DNA of 64,000 nt, taken from the NCBI GenBank assembly GCA_041742395.1, contig JBGSIS010000002.1, forward strand, positions 11,076 to 75,075. The letters run 5' to 3'. A model generated the notes under the pieces. The model did not search any database. It was not told the origin of the DNA and saw nothing but the letters and a program-made list of their open reading frames with translations. The first letter of the stretch is position 1. The number at the start of each line of letters is the position of its first letter. Origin of the DNA: Candidatus Saccharimonadales bacterium (GTDB lineage Bacteria > Patescibacteriota > Saccharimonadia > Saccharimonadales > JACQNP01). This document shows positions 25,272-34,600 of the stretch, in pieces. The position numbers were made by a program, and so were the translations under genes.

Positions 25272-25648
25272 TGGTGGAGCTGGCGGGTACTGCCCCCGCG
25301 TCCGCTAGTTTATCTTTGTTAGAGCATCTACAAGTTTAGTCAGTTTAGTTTACGTTTTTATCTATTAACTAACAAAATGATAAAAACGTTTAATTCGTTG
25401 GCTTAACATGAATTACGAATCAATAGTTCATGAGCGTCCAGAAAATATAACACTTTAATATCTTATCTGGCGTCAGCTATCAAGCGGCTTTCGACAATTA
25501 AGCGAAAGCTAGTGCGCGCTGCGGCATAAATGCGTTAGCTACGCTCTTCATAAATGTTTTTGCATTTATTTAGGTTTACCTATAACGCTGATAAGCGACT
25601 TGCTTCTCTAACTGATAAAGTCCAACGTCGAGCTTAAAATTCAGCCCC
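25272..25648 (-). ncRNA. ssrA: tmRNA (transfer-messenger RNA)
   Basis: The 5' end is GGGGCUGAAUUUUAAGCUCGACG. The 3' end is GGACGCGGGGGCAGUACCCGCCAGCUCCACCA. The acceptor stem GGGGCUG/CAGCUCC contains the G3:U70 alanine identity pair. There is an internal tag ORF ending ALAFA-stop and an upstream TTGTAA-17-TATAAT promoter. Confidence 0.85.
25498..25563 (-). other. tmRNA tag-peptide reading frame (AKTFMKSVANAFMPQRALAFA-stop)
   Basis: GCA resume codon two codons after an in-frame TAA, then 21 codons and TAA. The hydrophobic ALAFA terminus resembles known degradation tags. The exact resume codon is not certain. Confidence 0.5.
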
Positions 25649-25659
25649 ATGTAAACACT

Positions 25660-25688
25660 ATTATAGCAATATTTTACACTTTTTACAA
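25660..25688 (-). promoter_or_regulatory. tmRNA promoter TTGTAA-17-TATAAT
   Basis: The minus strand reads TTGTAA aaagtgtaaaatattgc TATAAT agtgtttacat GGGG. Confidence 0.55.
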
Positions 25689-25761
25689 TGTGCTAATGCT
25701 CTGGAGTGAATCTAAGCTTAAGTATTGTTATTTTGTTCTTTTCTGGTATAATTAGCTATCT

Positions 25762-27981
25762 ATGAGAAAAACAGTGGTTGGTTTAGCAATGGCTACCGGT
25801 GCAATGTTTGCTCCAAATGCTACGGAAGTAGGTGCTCAGTCACCTGAAATGTGTGTTCCCGTATACGATGAAACAGTTAGCGGTGATTCCTCTACATATC
25901 TGAGAGATGTCATTGATGGTTATGCGGTTGAAGGAATAGAAGTTCACGTTCAAATTATTGACGACGCCACCGATAATGGCGTCAGGAATGAAGACGACGC
26001 GGAAAGCTTTGCCGAAAGAGTTGAAGAACAATGTGATTGGCAAGACGAAGATATAATGAATATATTTATCTCCAAAATCCCAAGAGTTTATGACATATAT
26101 AGAACTGGGCAAGCAGAGTTAGATATATCTGATTCTGCAGTTGCGAACGCAGAAGATGATTTTATATCTGATCTTAGAGATACTGAAACTAATAATCAAA
26201 ACGATATAGCTAACCTATTAAACAGAGTTAACCCTTATGATTCACAATCTGTAGAATATGATAACTATCAAGAAATTCCAGGTTTTTCTAGCGAGGACAA
26301 TAATGAACCTTTAAATATTCCCGTGAAACAAATACTAGTAGTTAGCGGACTAGTAATTGCTCTTGGTGCAGCTGGAACTAGATTAAAAAGAGGTTTGACT
26401 GTTCGTAATCTATTCAAGGAAAGTCGTGAGCAGTCTGACTTTACAAAATCTAGAGCAACTTCAGCTGTTATGGCCGCAGAAAGCCAGCTTAGCCCACTAC
26501 CAAACGACGATGCAATTGAATTAAGAGATAAACTATCCTCTACACAAAATGAACTTATTGATATTATTGCACAGCAAGACAATGCACTTGAAACTTACAC
26601 GCAGCAAAAAACAAGAATATGGCCTAACAAAGATTTAGTCTCAGACGCTGCAGCAGAACTAGATGATGCAAATTTAGAAGCAGACTCTATAATCGAGCAG
26701 CTCGAGCTAGAAACAACACAAGTAGGAGAATACGTAGTAAAGATTGAAAGCCAAAGTAGTGAATTTGATACTTTAGTAGAATCTCTTTATCGAAACATTG
26801 AAATCGCCAAATCATCTGGTTGGGATACTAGTAGCTACGATAAAAGAACTGCTGACGTCGATTCGAATCATGAAGAAATTAAAAGACTAAGAAGTCTTAA
26901 TTATATCGAGCGACCTGCGGAGCTAATAATTGGTCAAACTACGGTTATAAATGAATTCGTATCAGAAGTAAGCACCCTAGAAGAAAGACGAACGGTTGCA
27001 GATGCAAATCACGAGTTACGCGACCAAAAAGTAACTGAATTCCAATCAAAAATTAGTGGAGCTATTGAACTTCTTAACAGCTTGAAAAGCAATTTCCATC
27101 CTTCTTGCACTGAATCAATTGTAAATACAGACAAATTATTAGAAAAAGACCTGTCTGACCTTATGGCAATAAGAGAAGTATCAGAACAATATAAAAGTAT
27201 TAAATCCGTTTCTTCACTAGAAAGTGACGAGAAAGCACAGGCAGATTTTGTAAGCCTTTCGTCAATTATCGACAGTAAAATTAACTCCATCGAATCTAGA
27301 AACCAGGAACTTAATGACATTATCGAGAATCTAAACTTAGATATTGGTGATATAAGTGGCGTACTTTCAAACACTCATAATTACGCCTTTAGCAAACACC
27401 ACGAAGATGTCGAGCCAGAGACAAGACAGTTAATTGAAGAGTTGATTAGCTCGTTTAACAGTTATGTAGATAACAATATAAACCAAGATAAGCCAAAATA
27501 CCTAGAAATATCAAACAAACTTGAAGAGTTTAAGAATAAAGTGTCTAGTGTCACTGAAAGAGCTGTTAGTGAAAAACGGGAAATGGACGACCTAAGAAGT
27601 AGCCTCACAAGCTTAGAACAAGAAGCAGAAAATAAACTTTCAAGCTTGAGAAGTTACGTTAGTATGCATGGTTCAGACACTTCGGTGAGTGCAGATGGTT
27701 ATTCAATATTCCAAGGCAACACAAGTGCTAGCCGCATAGAACTTAGAAATCAAGTAAACGAATTTAACGACGTTATTTCCGCAATTCAAACTGCAATAAA
27801 TCGCGCAGAAGCAGACGTAAGACAAGCAGAGGCAGAAAGAGAACGAGAAAGACAAAGACAAGCTCAGCAAGAAAGAGACAGGCAACAACAATTAAGCCAG
27901 TCTTATCATTCTTCTAGCAATTATAGTAGCCCCAGCTATGATAGTGGCGGTAGCGGAAGTCACGACAGCGGAAGCTACTAA
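25762..27981 (+). CDS. secreted/membrane protein: signal peptide, TPM-like domain, TM helix, ~500-aa coiled coil, Ser/Gly/Tyr-rich tail
   Basis: N-terminal hydrophobic signal (VVGLAMATGAMFAPNA). Residues ~35-130 follow the TPM (TLP18.3/Psb32/MOLO-1) pattern. TM helix ILVVSGLVIALGAAG. Heptad-rich central part. C-terminal QAEAERERERQRQAQQERDRQQQ then SSSNYSSPSYDSGGSGSHDSGSY. Confidence 0.55.
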   Translation: MRKTVVGLAMATGAMFAPNATEVGAQSPEMCVPVYDETVSGDSSTYLRDVIDGYAVEGIEVHVQIIDDATDNGVRNEDDAESFAERVEEQCDWQDEDIMNIFISKIPRVYDIYRTGQAELDISDSAVANAEDDFISDLRDTETNNQNDIANLLNRVNPYDSQSVEYDNYQEIPGFSSEDNNEPLNIPVKQILVVSGLVIALGAAGTRLKRGLTVRNLFKESREQSDFTKSRATSAVMAAESQLSPLPNDDAIELRDKLSSTQNELIDIIAQQDNALETYTQQKTRIWPNKDLVSDAAAELDDANLEADSIIEQLELETTQVGEYVVKIESQSSEFDTLVESLYRNIEIAKSSGWDTSSYDKRTADVDSNHEEIKRLRSLNYIERPAELIIGQTTVINEFVSEVSTLEERRTVADANHELRDQKVTEFQSKISGAIELLNSLKSNFHPSCTESIVNTDKLLEKDLSDLMAIREVSEQYKSIKSVSSLESDEKAQADFVSLSSIIDSKINSIESRNQELNDIIENLNLDIGDISGVLSNTHNYAFSKHHEDVEPETRQLIEELISSFNSYVDNNINQDKPKYLEISNKLEEFKNKVSSVTERAVSEKREMDDLRSSLTSLEQEAENKLSSLRSYVSMHGSDTSVSADGYSIFQGNTSASRIELRNQVNEFNDVISAIQTAINRAEADVRQAEAERERERQRQAQQERDRQQQLSQSYHSSSNYSSPSYDSGGSGSHDSGSY

Positions 27982-28173
27982 AAAATCGTAAATAATAAAA
28001 ATAGCGTAAGTTATATTGGCTATTTGTTCGTATTTATGTTAGTATCAGTTTACTAGAGAAGCTGCTGAGTAACATTTTGTGAATCTAGATCAATTTAAAT
28101 AAGTACGTGCGTAAAGAGGAGCAGCTAACTGGATTGCCAGATTACCTCCAGGTGCGAAAAGGAGATAATAATA

Positions 28174-28464
28174 ATGGCAACTAATTTATTCGTAGGATCT
28201 TTATCTTGGAATGTTACAAGCGATGAGCTAAAAGACTTTTTTGCTCAAGTAGGAACAGTTGTTTCTGCAAATGTAATTACAGACCGAGATTCTGGACGTT
28301 CTAAAGGTTTTGGTTTTGTTGAAATGTCATCTGACGAAGAAGCAAAAAAAGCCGTAGATGAACTAAACGGAAAAGAACTAGACGGAAGAAGCATTACTGT
28401 AAACGAAGCTCGTCCAAAAGAGGACAAGCCTAGAAACAACAACTTCAACAAAAACCGTTACTAA
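28174..28464 (+). CDS. RRM-type RNA-binding protein
   Basis: RNP2 motif LFVGSL and RNP1 motif KGFGFVEM. 96 aa. AAAGGAG site upstream. Confidence 0.85.
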   Translation: MATNLFVGSLSWNVTSDELKDFFAQVGTVVSANVITDRDSGRSKGFGFVEMSSDEEAKKAVDELNGKELDGRSITVNEARPKEDKPRNNNFNKNRY

Positions 28465-28467
28465 GTA

Positions 28468-28896
28468 TTAGTTAATACTTAGTTGTATCGTCTTCAAGTA
28501 GCCCTTAAAATCAACAATTTGGGCTACTTTTAGTTTCTGGAAAATTGGATCATAAAGATCATTTAATACTCTGGTAGCCTTTAAGTAACTTGCGTTACCT
28601 TTGTTGGTTAAATGTATTAAGTGCTCTCTTTTGTTGTCTTTATTCAGGGTAATCTTTATTAAACCGTTTTTTGTCATTATTTTTACCTGTCTACTGATAC
28701 TAGCTTCGGTTTGCCCTAAAATATGAGCAACGTCTATTTGACGCAAGTCTTCTCTAATTACAAGAGCACTCAGAATTTTGTACTGAGAATAGCTGATGTT
28801 TAGAGAATCGTTTAGGGCTTGGTCAGAAAGCCTAGATAATACACTAGAGATGTTTTGAAACAATATGCCAATTGACTCGTTTGTTTCTTCAGACAT
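28468..28896 (-). CDS. MarR family transcriptional regulator
   Basis: The segment LSYSQYKILSALVIREDLRQIDVAHILGQTEASISRQVKIMTKNGLI...NKREHLIHLTNKG matches the MarR wHTH pattern. Confidence 0.8.
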   Translation of the reverse strand: MSEETNESIGILFQNISSVLSRLSDQALNDSLNISYSQYKILSALVIREDLRQIDVAHILGQTEASISRQVKIMTKNGLIKITLNKDNKREHLIHLTNKGNASYLKATRVLNDLYDPIFQKLKVAQIVDFKGYLKTIQLSIN

Positions 28897-28902
28897 AAGC
28901 TT

Positions 28903-28931
28903 AATGTAGTTATTAATACCTTAGTAGTCAA
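28903..28931 (-). promoter_or_regulatory. promoter TTGACT-17-TACATT ending 6 nt before the MarR ATG (leaderless)
   Basis: The minus strand reads TTGACT actaaggtattaataac TACATT aagctt ATG. It overlaps the last codons of rsmA. Confidence 0.5.
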
Positions 28932-29731
28932 GTGCTTACTAAGTTTTTGGCTTTTGCAATAATGTAAAGCTGATGCCATTCTTGTAATGATAACTCTTGT
29001 GGGCGAACGTTGTCGGCCAATTTTGTACTTTCGATTAATAATTGTGAGTCTATCTTTGATATTCTTAAACCACCACTTAAAGAATTAACTAAAGTTTTTC
29101 GTTTTGAGGAAAAACCACACTTAACGACCTTAAAGAAATCTTTAGCATCTACGTCAAATAACTCACATTTTCTTCTTTTTAAAATTACTACCTGCGAGTC
29201 CACTTTTGGAGGTGGAGTAAACATAGATGCAGGCACTTCAATACCAATTGAACATTCCCAATAAAACTGAGCTGTTATACCCAGAATAGAAAGATTGCCC
29301 GGTTTAGCACAAACTCTTTCGGCAACTTCTTTTTGAATAAGCAATACGGCAACTGTCGGAGGATTATTCGATTCACTTATTATTTTTATAAGATTACTTG
29401 TTAAGTAATAGGGTATATTTGCTACAACTTTGTAGTTTGTGAATTTGCTTAGATCAACTTTTCGGATGTCATTGTGCTCAATATGCAAATTTTTTCCAAT
29501 GTCGTTAAAAAAAACTTTCTTCAGGTAAGATACTGCCTCTAAATCAAACTCTACTGCGTGAACAATAGCTCCTTTTTGAAGTAGTACTTTTGTCAAAGAT
29601 CCTTTACCAGGACCTATCTCAAGTACAAAATCTCCAGGGTTTATTTCAGCGTTAATACAGATTTCATTTAGTGTAGTTGTATCATTCAACCAGTGCTGAC
29701 CCAGTTCTTTTTTAGCAGAAAAGTCTTTCAT
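28928..29731 (-). CDS. rsmA: 16S rRNA (adenine1518/1519-N6)-dimethyltransferase
   Basis: Motifs LGQHWLND and VLEIGPGKGSLT (SAM-binding) and NIPYYLTS. I place the start at the ATG at 29731 (MKDFSAKKELGQHW), 1 nt after the upstream gene's stop. The longer track ORF would overlap that gene by 176 nt. Confidence 0.85.
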   Translation of the reverse strand: MKDFSAKKELGQHWLNDTTTLNEICINAEINPGDFVLEIGPGKGSLTKVLLQKGAIVHAVEFDLEAVSYLKKVFFNDIGKNLHIEHNDIRKVDLSKFTNYKVVANIPYYLTSNLIKIISESNNPPTVAVLLIQKEVAERVCAKPGNLSILGITAQFYWECSIGIEVPASMFTPPPKVDSQVVILKRRKCELFDVDAKDFFKVVKCGFSSKRKTLVNSLSGGLRISKIDSQLLIESTKLADNVRPQELSLQEWHQLYIIAKAKNLVST

Positions 29732-29732
29732 T

Positions 29733-31157
29733 TTACCACCAGTTTTGTCTAAGCCAAGTATTGTATGCGTTTTCCCAGCTTCCATATCTACCAATTGCAT
29801 AACCAGAACACCACTTAAGCTGCGTGACTGGGTTATTTTGCCAGTCAGAACCGGCACTAGCCATTTTGATTGCAGGTGTAGACTGACACAATCCGTAGCC
29901 ATAGCCACTACTTGGTGAGTGAATCTCAGTATAATAACCTGGACAATATCCTATTTGACCCTGCCATTTTGTAGCACACCATCCAGATTCTTTACTTATT
30001 ATGTGGTTGACGTAAGGATAGTCACTAAGTGGGATGCCGGCGGCTGATAACAGACTACTCTTATCTTCTGGGACAGAATAAGCTTTTCCTCTAGCAACTA
30101 TTTGCTTGACTGGCTGTACGGCTATTACTTCTTGAATAGGTTTTCGGCCAACCTCTACTCCATTCTTAGTTTCTATCTGATAAGTTACAATCTTCTTTCC
30201 TGGTGAACCTTTCTGTCTGATGGCAGTTGCACCAAAGCTTAAGTTTCCATCTTGTACAATTTCTTCTGGCATTGGGATTTCTTCTTCAGCACTGGCAATC
30301 TGGGTACCATTCCTTGTAACAAAAACCTGAGAGTTAGCGGCCAAAACTGTTTCTGGGCTAGGTTGTACTGTATCGCCTGGCTGCAACTTAATATCTTTTT
30401 CTTTAAGTAAATCGCCAACTGTCTTTGCTCTTGTCCTAAGATCAACTTGCGTACCGTATAAATTCAAATAAGTTGGTGTTGCCCTATCAATCACTAGAGT
30501 CTCACCAATAGTCTCATCTTCAAGGATCCTTTCTGATGGCTTATCTAGGTTAACAGAGTCTTCTGGATAAACCTGAACTCCAGCCTGTTCTACAACAGCA
30601 CGAGGAGTCTTGGCAGCTGATAGAGTCTGGGTTTTGCTTTCACCGTCGATAATAGTAACCGGCCTTGCTTTATAAACATTTAGCCTGAAGTCGTCTTGAT
30701 CAATTTCTGACTCTAATGAGGGCTCAATTACGTCTCCTTCATTGACTTCAATTTTAACTTTTTCTAGAAATTCTTTTACAGTTTTTGCCCTAGTTGGAAC
30801 CATTGATGTATTTCCCTCAATCGAAACCCGAACAACATGAGAATCATTAGCTCCAATAGTTTGACCACTTAGACCAACTATTCCAATCATCGATACAAAA
30901 AATAACACCAAAAATGTTACAACGGGCACTACAAATGGATGCCGATGAAATCCCTTACTCCAAAATCTTTTTTTGCTATCTTCAACTGGCTTCTTCTCAG
31001 TTGAACTAATTTGTTTTTTTGGTGTTTTGTTCTGTATTGAAAAGTTATTTACATCAGTTTTTTTAGGTATAGGAGAAACGACCTTCTTTCGTAACTTTGG
31101 AGGTCTTTTAATGTCAACAAAATTTTTTACAGGCTTATTAGTCATATTAAGAGTCAA
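29733..31157 (-). CDS. RpfB/YabE-like cell-wall protein: TM anchor, three DUF348-like repeats, G5 domain, C-terminal lytic-transglycosylase-like domain
   Basis: TM helix FVVPVVTFLVLFFVSMIGIVGL. Repeated ...RAKTVxEFLxxxxIxxxxGDxxxPS units. G5-like segment (KGSPGKKIVTYQIETKNGVEVGR...VARG). C-terminal HIISKESGW...GYGLCQ with a catalytic Glu context. Confidence 0.7.
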   Translation of the reverse strand: MTLNMTNKPVKNFVDIKRPPKLRKKVVSPIPKKTDVNNFSIQNKTPKKQISSTEKKPVEDSKKRFWSKGFHRHPFVVPVVTFLVLFFVSMIGIVGLSGQTIGANDSHVVRVSIEGNTSMVPTRAKTVKEFLEKVKIEVNEGDVIEPSLESEIDQDDFRLNVYKARPVTIIDGESKTQTLSAAKTPRAVVEQAGVQVYPEDSVNLDKPSERILEDETIGETLVIDRATPTYLNLYGTQVDLRTRAKTVGDLLKEKDIKLQPGDTVQPSPETVLAANSQVFVTRNGTQIASAEEEIPMPEEIVQDGNLSFGATAIRQKGSPGKKIVTYQIETKNGVEVGRKPIQEVIAVQPVKQIVARGKAYSVPEDKSSLLSAAGIPLSDYPYVNHIISKESGWCATKWQGQIGYCPGYYTEIHSPSSGYGYGLCQSTPAIKMASAGSDWQNNPVTQLKWCSGYAIGRYGSWENAYNTWLRQNWW

Positions 31158-31181
31158 ATTTGGATATTTTACCCAAACAAG

Positions 31182-31664
31182 CTAGTTTATTTTAGCAAAT
31201 TTACCCTTGTTTTTCCAGATATCAACCATTTCTAAAAGTTCATTTGAACAATCATTAGAAGTTATTTCATCAATATTCATCCACTTTACTTCCAGGATTT
31301 CTATATTTTGTTTTTTGATGTTTTTGGGTATTACGACTAGTTTAGTTTCAAACAAATCATATTGGTATTTTATTAAGCCACTATTATATTCTTGTTGCAC
31401 AACATGTAACAATTCCTGATCGATTTTAATATTAGTTTCCTCCAGTAACTCCCTTTTTGCACCAATACTCGGCAATTCGTTTCTGTGTAGACCACCTCCA
31501 GGTAGTATCCACTTTCCGGTGCTCAACCATCCCTTTACTACCAAAATTTTATTTTCATAAATAACAATAACTCTAGTTCTTTTTGTAAATCTAATAACTA
31601 AAACTAATATCGGATAAATTATTAGGTATGTTATTTTTCCGGCAATTACCCAGATTCTATTCAT
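31182..31664 (-). CDS. Nudix hydrolase with N-terminal membrane helix
   Basis: Intact Nudix box LPGGGLHRNELPSIGAKRELLEETNI. Confidence 0.75.
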   Translation of the reverse strand: MNRIWVIAGKITYLIIYPILVLVIRFTKRTRVIVIYENKILVVKGWLSTGKWILPGGGLHRNELPSIGAKRELLEETNIKIDQELLHVVQQEYNSGLIKYQYDLFETKLVVIPKNIKKQNIEILEVKWMNIDEITSNDCSNELLEMVDIWKNKGKFAKIN

Positions 31665-34600
31665 AATTTCTTAAGTGGAGCAAAGGCTGAATTTAGCTTC
31701 TTCATTCCCTTACCTTTAAAATATACAGCTAAATTGTCGCCATCTACTTCCATGACTTTTCCTATGCCAAAAATATCGTGTTGCACCGAATCGCCCTCAT
31801 TAAGCTCAACTACATATCTTGGCTCATTTGATTCGATTTTTTTAGTTGATGGTTCTACATAGTCATCTGTCTGACTATCTTTTGTCTGCCAAGACATTCC
31901 ACCTAAACCAAAGCTATCAACTTCGAACTTGGCGTCAATTTCACTTAAAAATCGAGCAGGAGGATTGTGCTGAATTCCACCATAAAGCATTCGGGTTGAA
32001 GCATAGCTCATATATAGCTCTTTTTCAGCGCGAGTCATGCCTACATAACAAAGCCGTCTTTCTTCTTCCATTTCGTTTTGATCATAAAGAGCTCTCGAAT
32101 GCGGAAAAATTGTTTCTTCCATACCAACCATGAAAACAACTGGAAACTCAAGCCCCTTAGCAGCATGAAGAGTCATTAAAGTAACAGCATTTCCGCCAAA
32201 GTCAGCGTTGTCTATATCGCTGACTAGCGAAATTTCTTCTAAGAAACCGTCTAGACCAACCTCTTGATAACTCTGGGCAACACTTAGTAATTCCTTGACA
32301 TTTTCTACTCTTGATTCACCTTGTACGGTGCCATCATTAATATATGCCATGTAGTCGATTCTTCTAATTAAGCTATCCATAAATGCCGGTAAGCTTGTTT
32401 CGCTAGATATTTCTCTTGAAGTAACTAATATATCATTGAGTTCCGAAAGTGATTTTCGTGCTTTTGGGGTAAGACTACTGATTTCATTAATTCTTGTTAA
32501 AGCCTCTTTCAAAGTAATACCGTTCAAGTTCTTCCAATCTATAAAATTCTGCAAAGATTTTGTGCCTAGACCTCTAGTTGGTACATTTGCAATTCTCTCG
32601 AAGCTAATCCTATCTTCTGGCTGGTATATTAATCTTAGATAGGCAATTATGTCTTTTATTTCTTTTCGGTCATAGAATTTCTGGCCTCCTACTATACGAT
32701 ATGGAATTCCGAACCTTATAAATGACTCTTCTATTGGTCTACTTTGAGCATTAGTCCTATATAAAACAGCACAATCCTGAAAAGAGCCAGCTCCTAAATC
32801 TACTTTAGATTTTATTGTCCTAATGATCATTTCCGATTCGGCTCGCTCGTTAGCAACTTGTTTAATTGAAACTGGCTTACCTTCACTTGAATCAGTCCAT
32901 AGTTTTTTATCTGATCTTTGAGAATTTTTAGAAATAACTTGATGAGCAGCGTTAAGTATTGATTTAGTGCTACGATAATTCTGTTCGAGCTTAATAACTG
33001 TAACTTTAGGATAGTCTCTTTCAAACTTTAAAATATTTCTAAAATCTGCACCTCTCCATGAATAGATAGAGTTATGAACAACTACACCGTTAGCAATATA
33101 ATTATGAACTTTCTCGACGTCTATGTCGTAAACAAAATCGTTGATTTCATTGTCTATAAACTCAACACTTGTTACCATGTCCGAAATGATAGTGTTTTCG
33201 TTTATAATTGGCATTTCCATTCCAACATGAATATTACTAGCTGGCGTAAAACTAAATTTTTTATCTGTAATAAAAGCGTAGTGTGCAAAATCGAGCGATT
33301 CTTTAGTTGATGATTTTATACTATCTTTCAATTTTTCAAGTTCACCATAATCTAAACAGTGTACTTCAGACCGATATGATTGTAATTTGCCCTTCCTAAC
33401 GGCAATATTCTCTTTTCTAAATCCTTCAAATGCTTCTATATTTGAACTATTCATCGAAATCCTGCTTGCCGACCATGGACTTTTTAAACTAGTTCTTTTA
33501 TCTCCAAATAATACTAAATTTATAACATTACGCATTTGCTCGTTCCTTGTAGTAGCTTGCGGATAAAAATGTGGGTATTCGATGCTTAAATTTAAATCTT
33601 CCATTATTTTAGAAGCTCGTTCTTCAGTGTCAATATTCCTAAAAACTCTATCAATTTCTCTCTGACTAATACTCAATGATCGATTAGTGTCTGCTCTAAA
33701 AACTAACATTGGTATACCGTAATTATATGAATAAAATAATTCGTGGTATTGAGCTTCTGATTTATTGCTGCATACCTTTAATATCCACATTTTATCAGCC
33801 CGCTCTTGATTTGCTCTTACTCGTAATCCTGTATCGTATTTTTTTCCATCAAATCGCGTACCTTTAGTCATGCCTATTCTATAACCATGTCTTCTTGAAA
33901 ACATTAAGTATACAAAATAATCATCAGTTTTATCCCAGCGTGAAAACAATAAATGATTAGGAGTAGTGACCAAGTTGTTGCCTAAAGATGTTTCAATTTT
34001 TACGAGCTTTTTATTATGCTTAAACTTTTTTACGTTTGTTACTTTGAAATGATGAGTCTTTCCATATCCACCAGCAGACTTGACAAAAGTGCCAACTGAT
34101 ATTTTTTCTATAGGAACTTTTCCATTTTTAGTCTCAATTAGACTTCCGGCAGGTAAGCATTGCCAGTCATCGCCTACAACTGCGATATTATTTGCACTAG
34201 AAGTAAGCAACTTTACTAATTTATATTGAGCCAAGTTAGTGTCTTGATACTCATCGATCATTATATATTTGAACTGATTTTGCCATTTCTCTTTTATCTG
34301 TGGATTTTTCTCCAACATTAAAACCGTTTTGTTAATCAAATCATCAAAATCTAATGCACCAGCATTTTTTAGGGCTTTTTCATATAATAGATAAACTTTT
34401 GCAGCGGCATTCTGAACTGGGCTATTTGCAATGCCTCCATACTCATTAGGACTTAACATTTCGTTCTTAGCATTACTGATTAAATTTGCTATCGATCGTG
34501 GCGTATAAGTTTTCTCATCAATCATAGCTGTTTTACATGACTGCTTAACGGCAGTTAGCCTGTCAGACTCATCAAATATTACAAAGTTTTTTGGTACAGA

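Noticed and set aside
29732-29908. 59-codon N-terminal extension of rsmA given by the ORF track (326 aa)
   Set aside because: The extension overlaps the 3' end of the RpfB-like gene in another frame and has no KsgA homology. The ATG at 29731 (MKDFSAKKELGQHW) gives a normal 267-aa RsmA.
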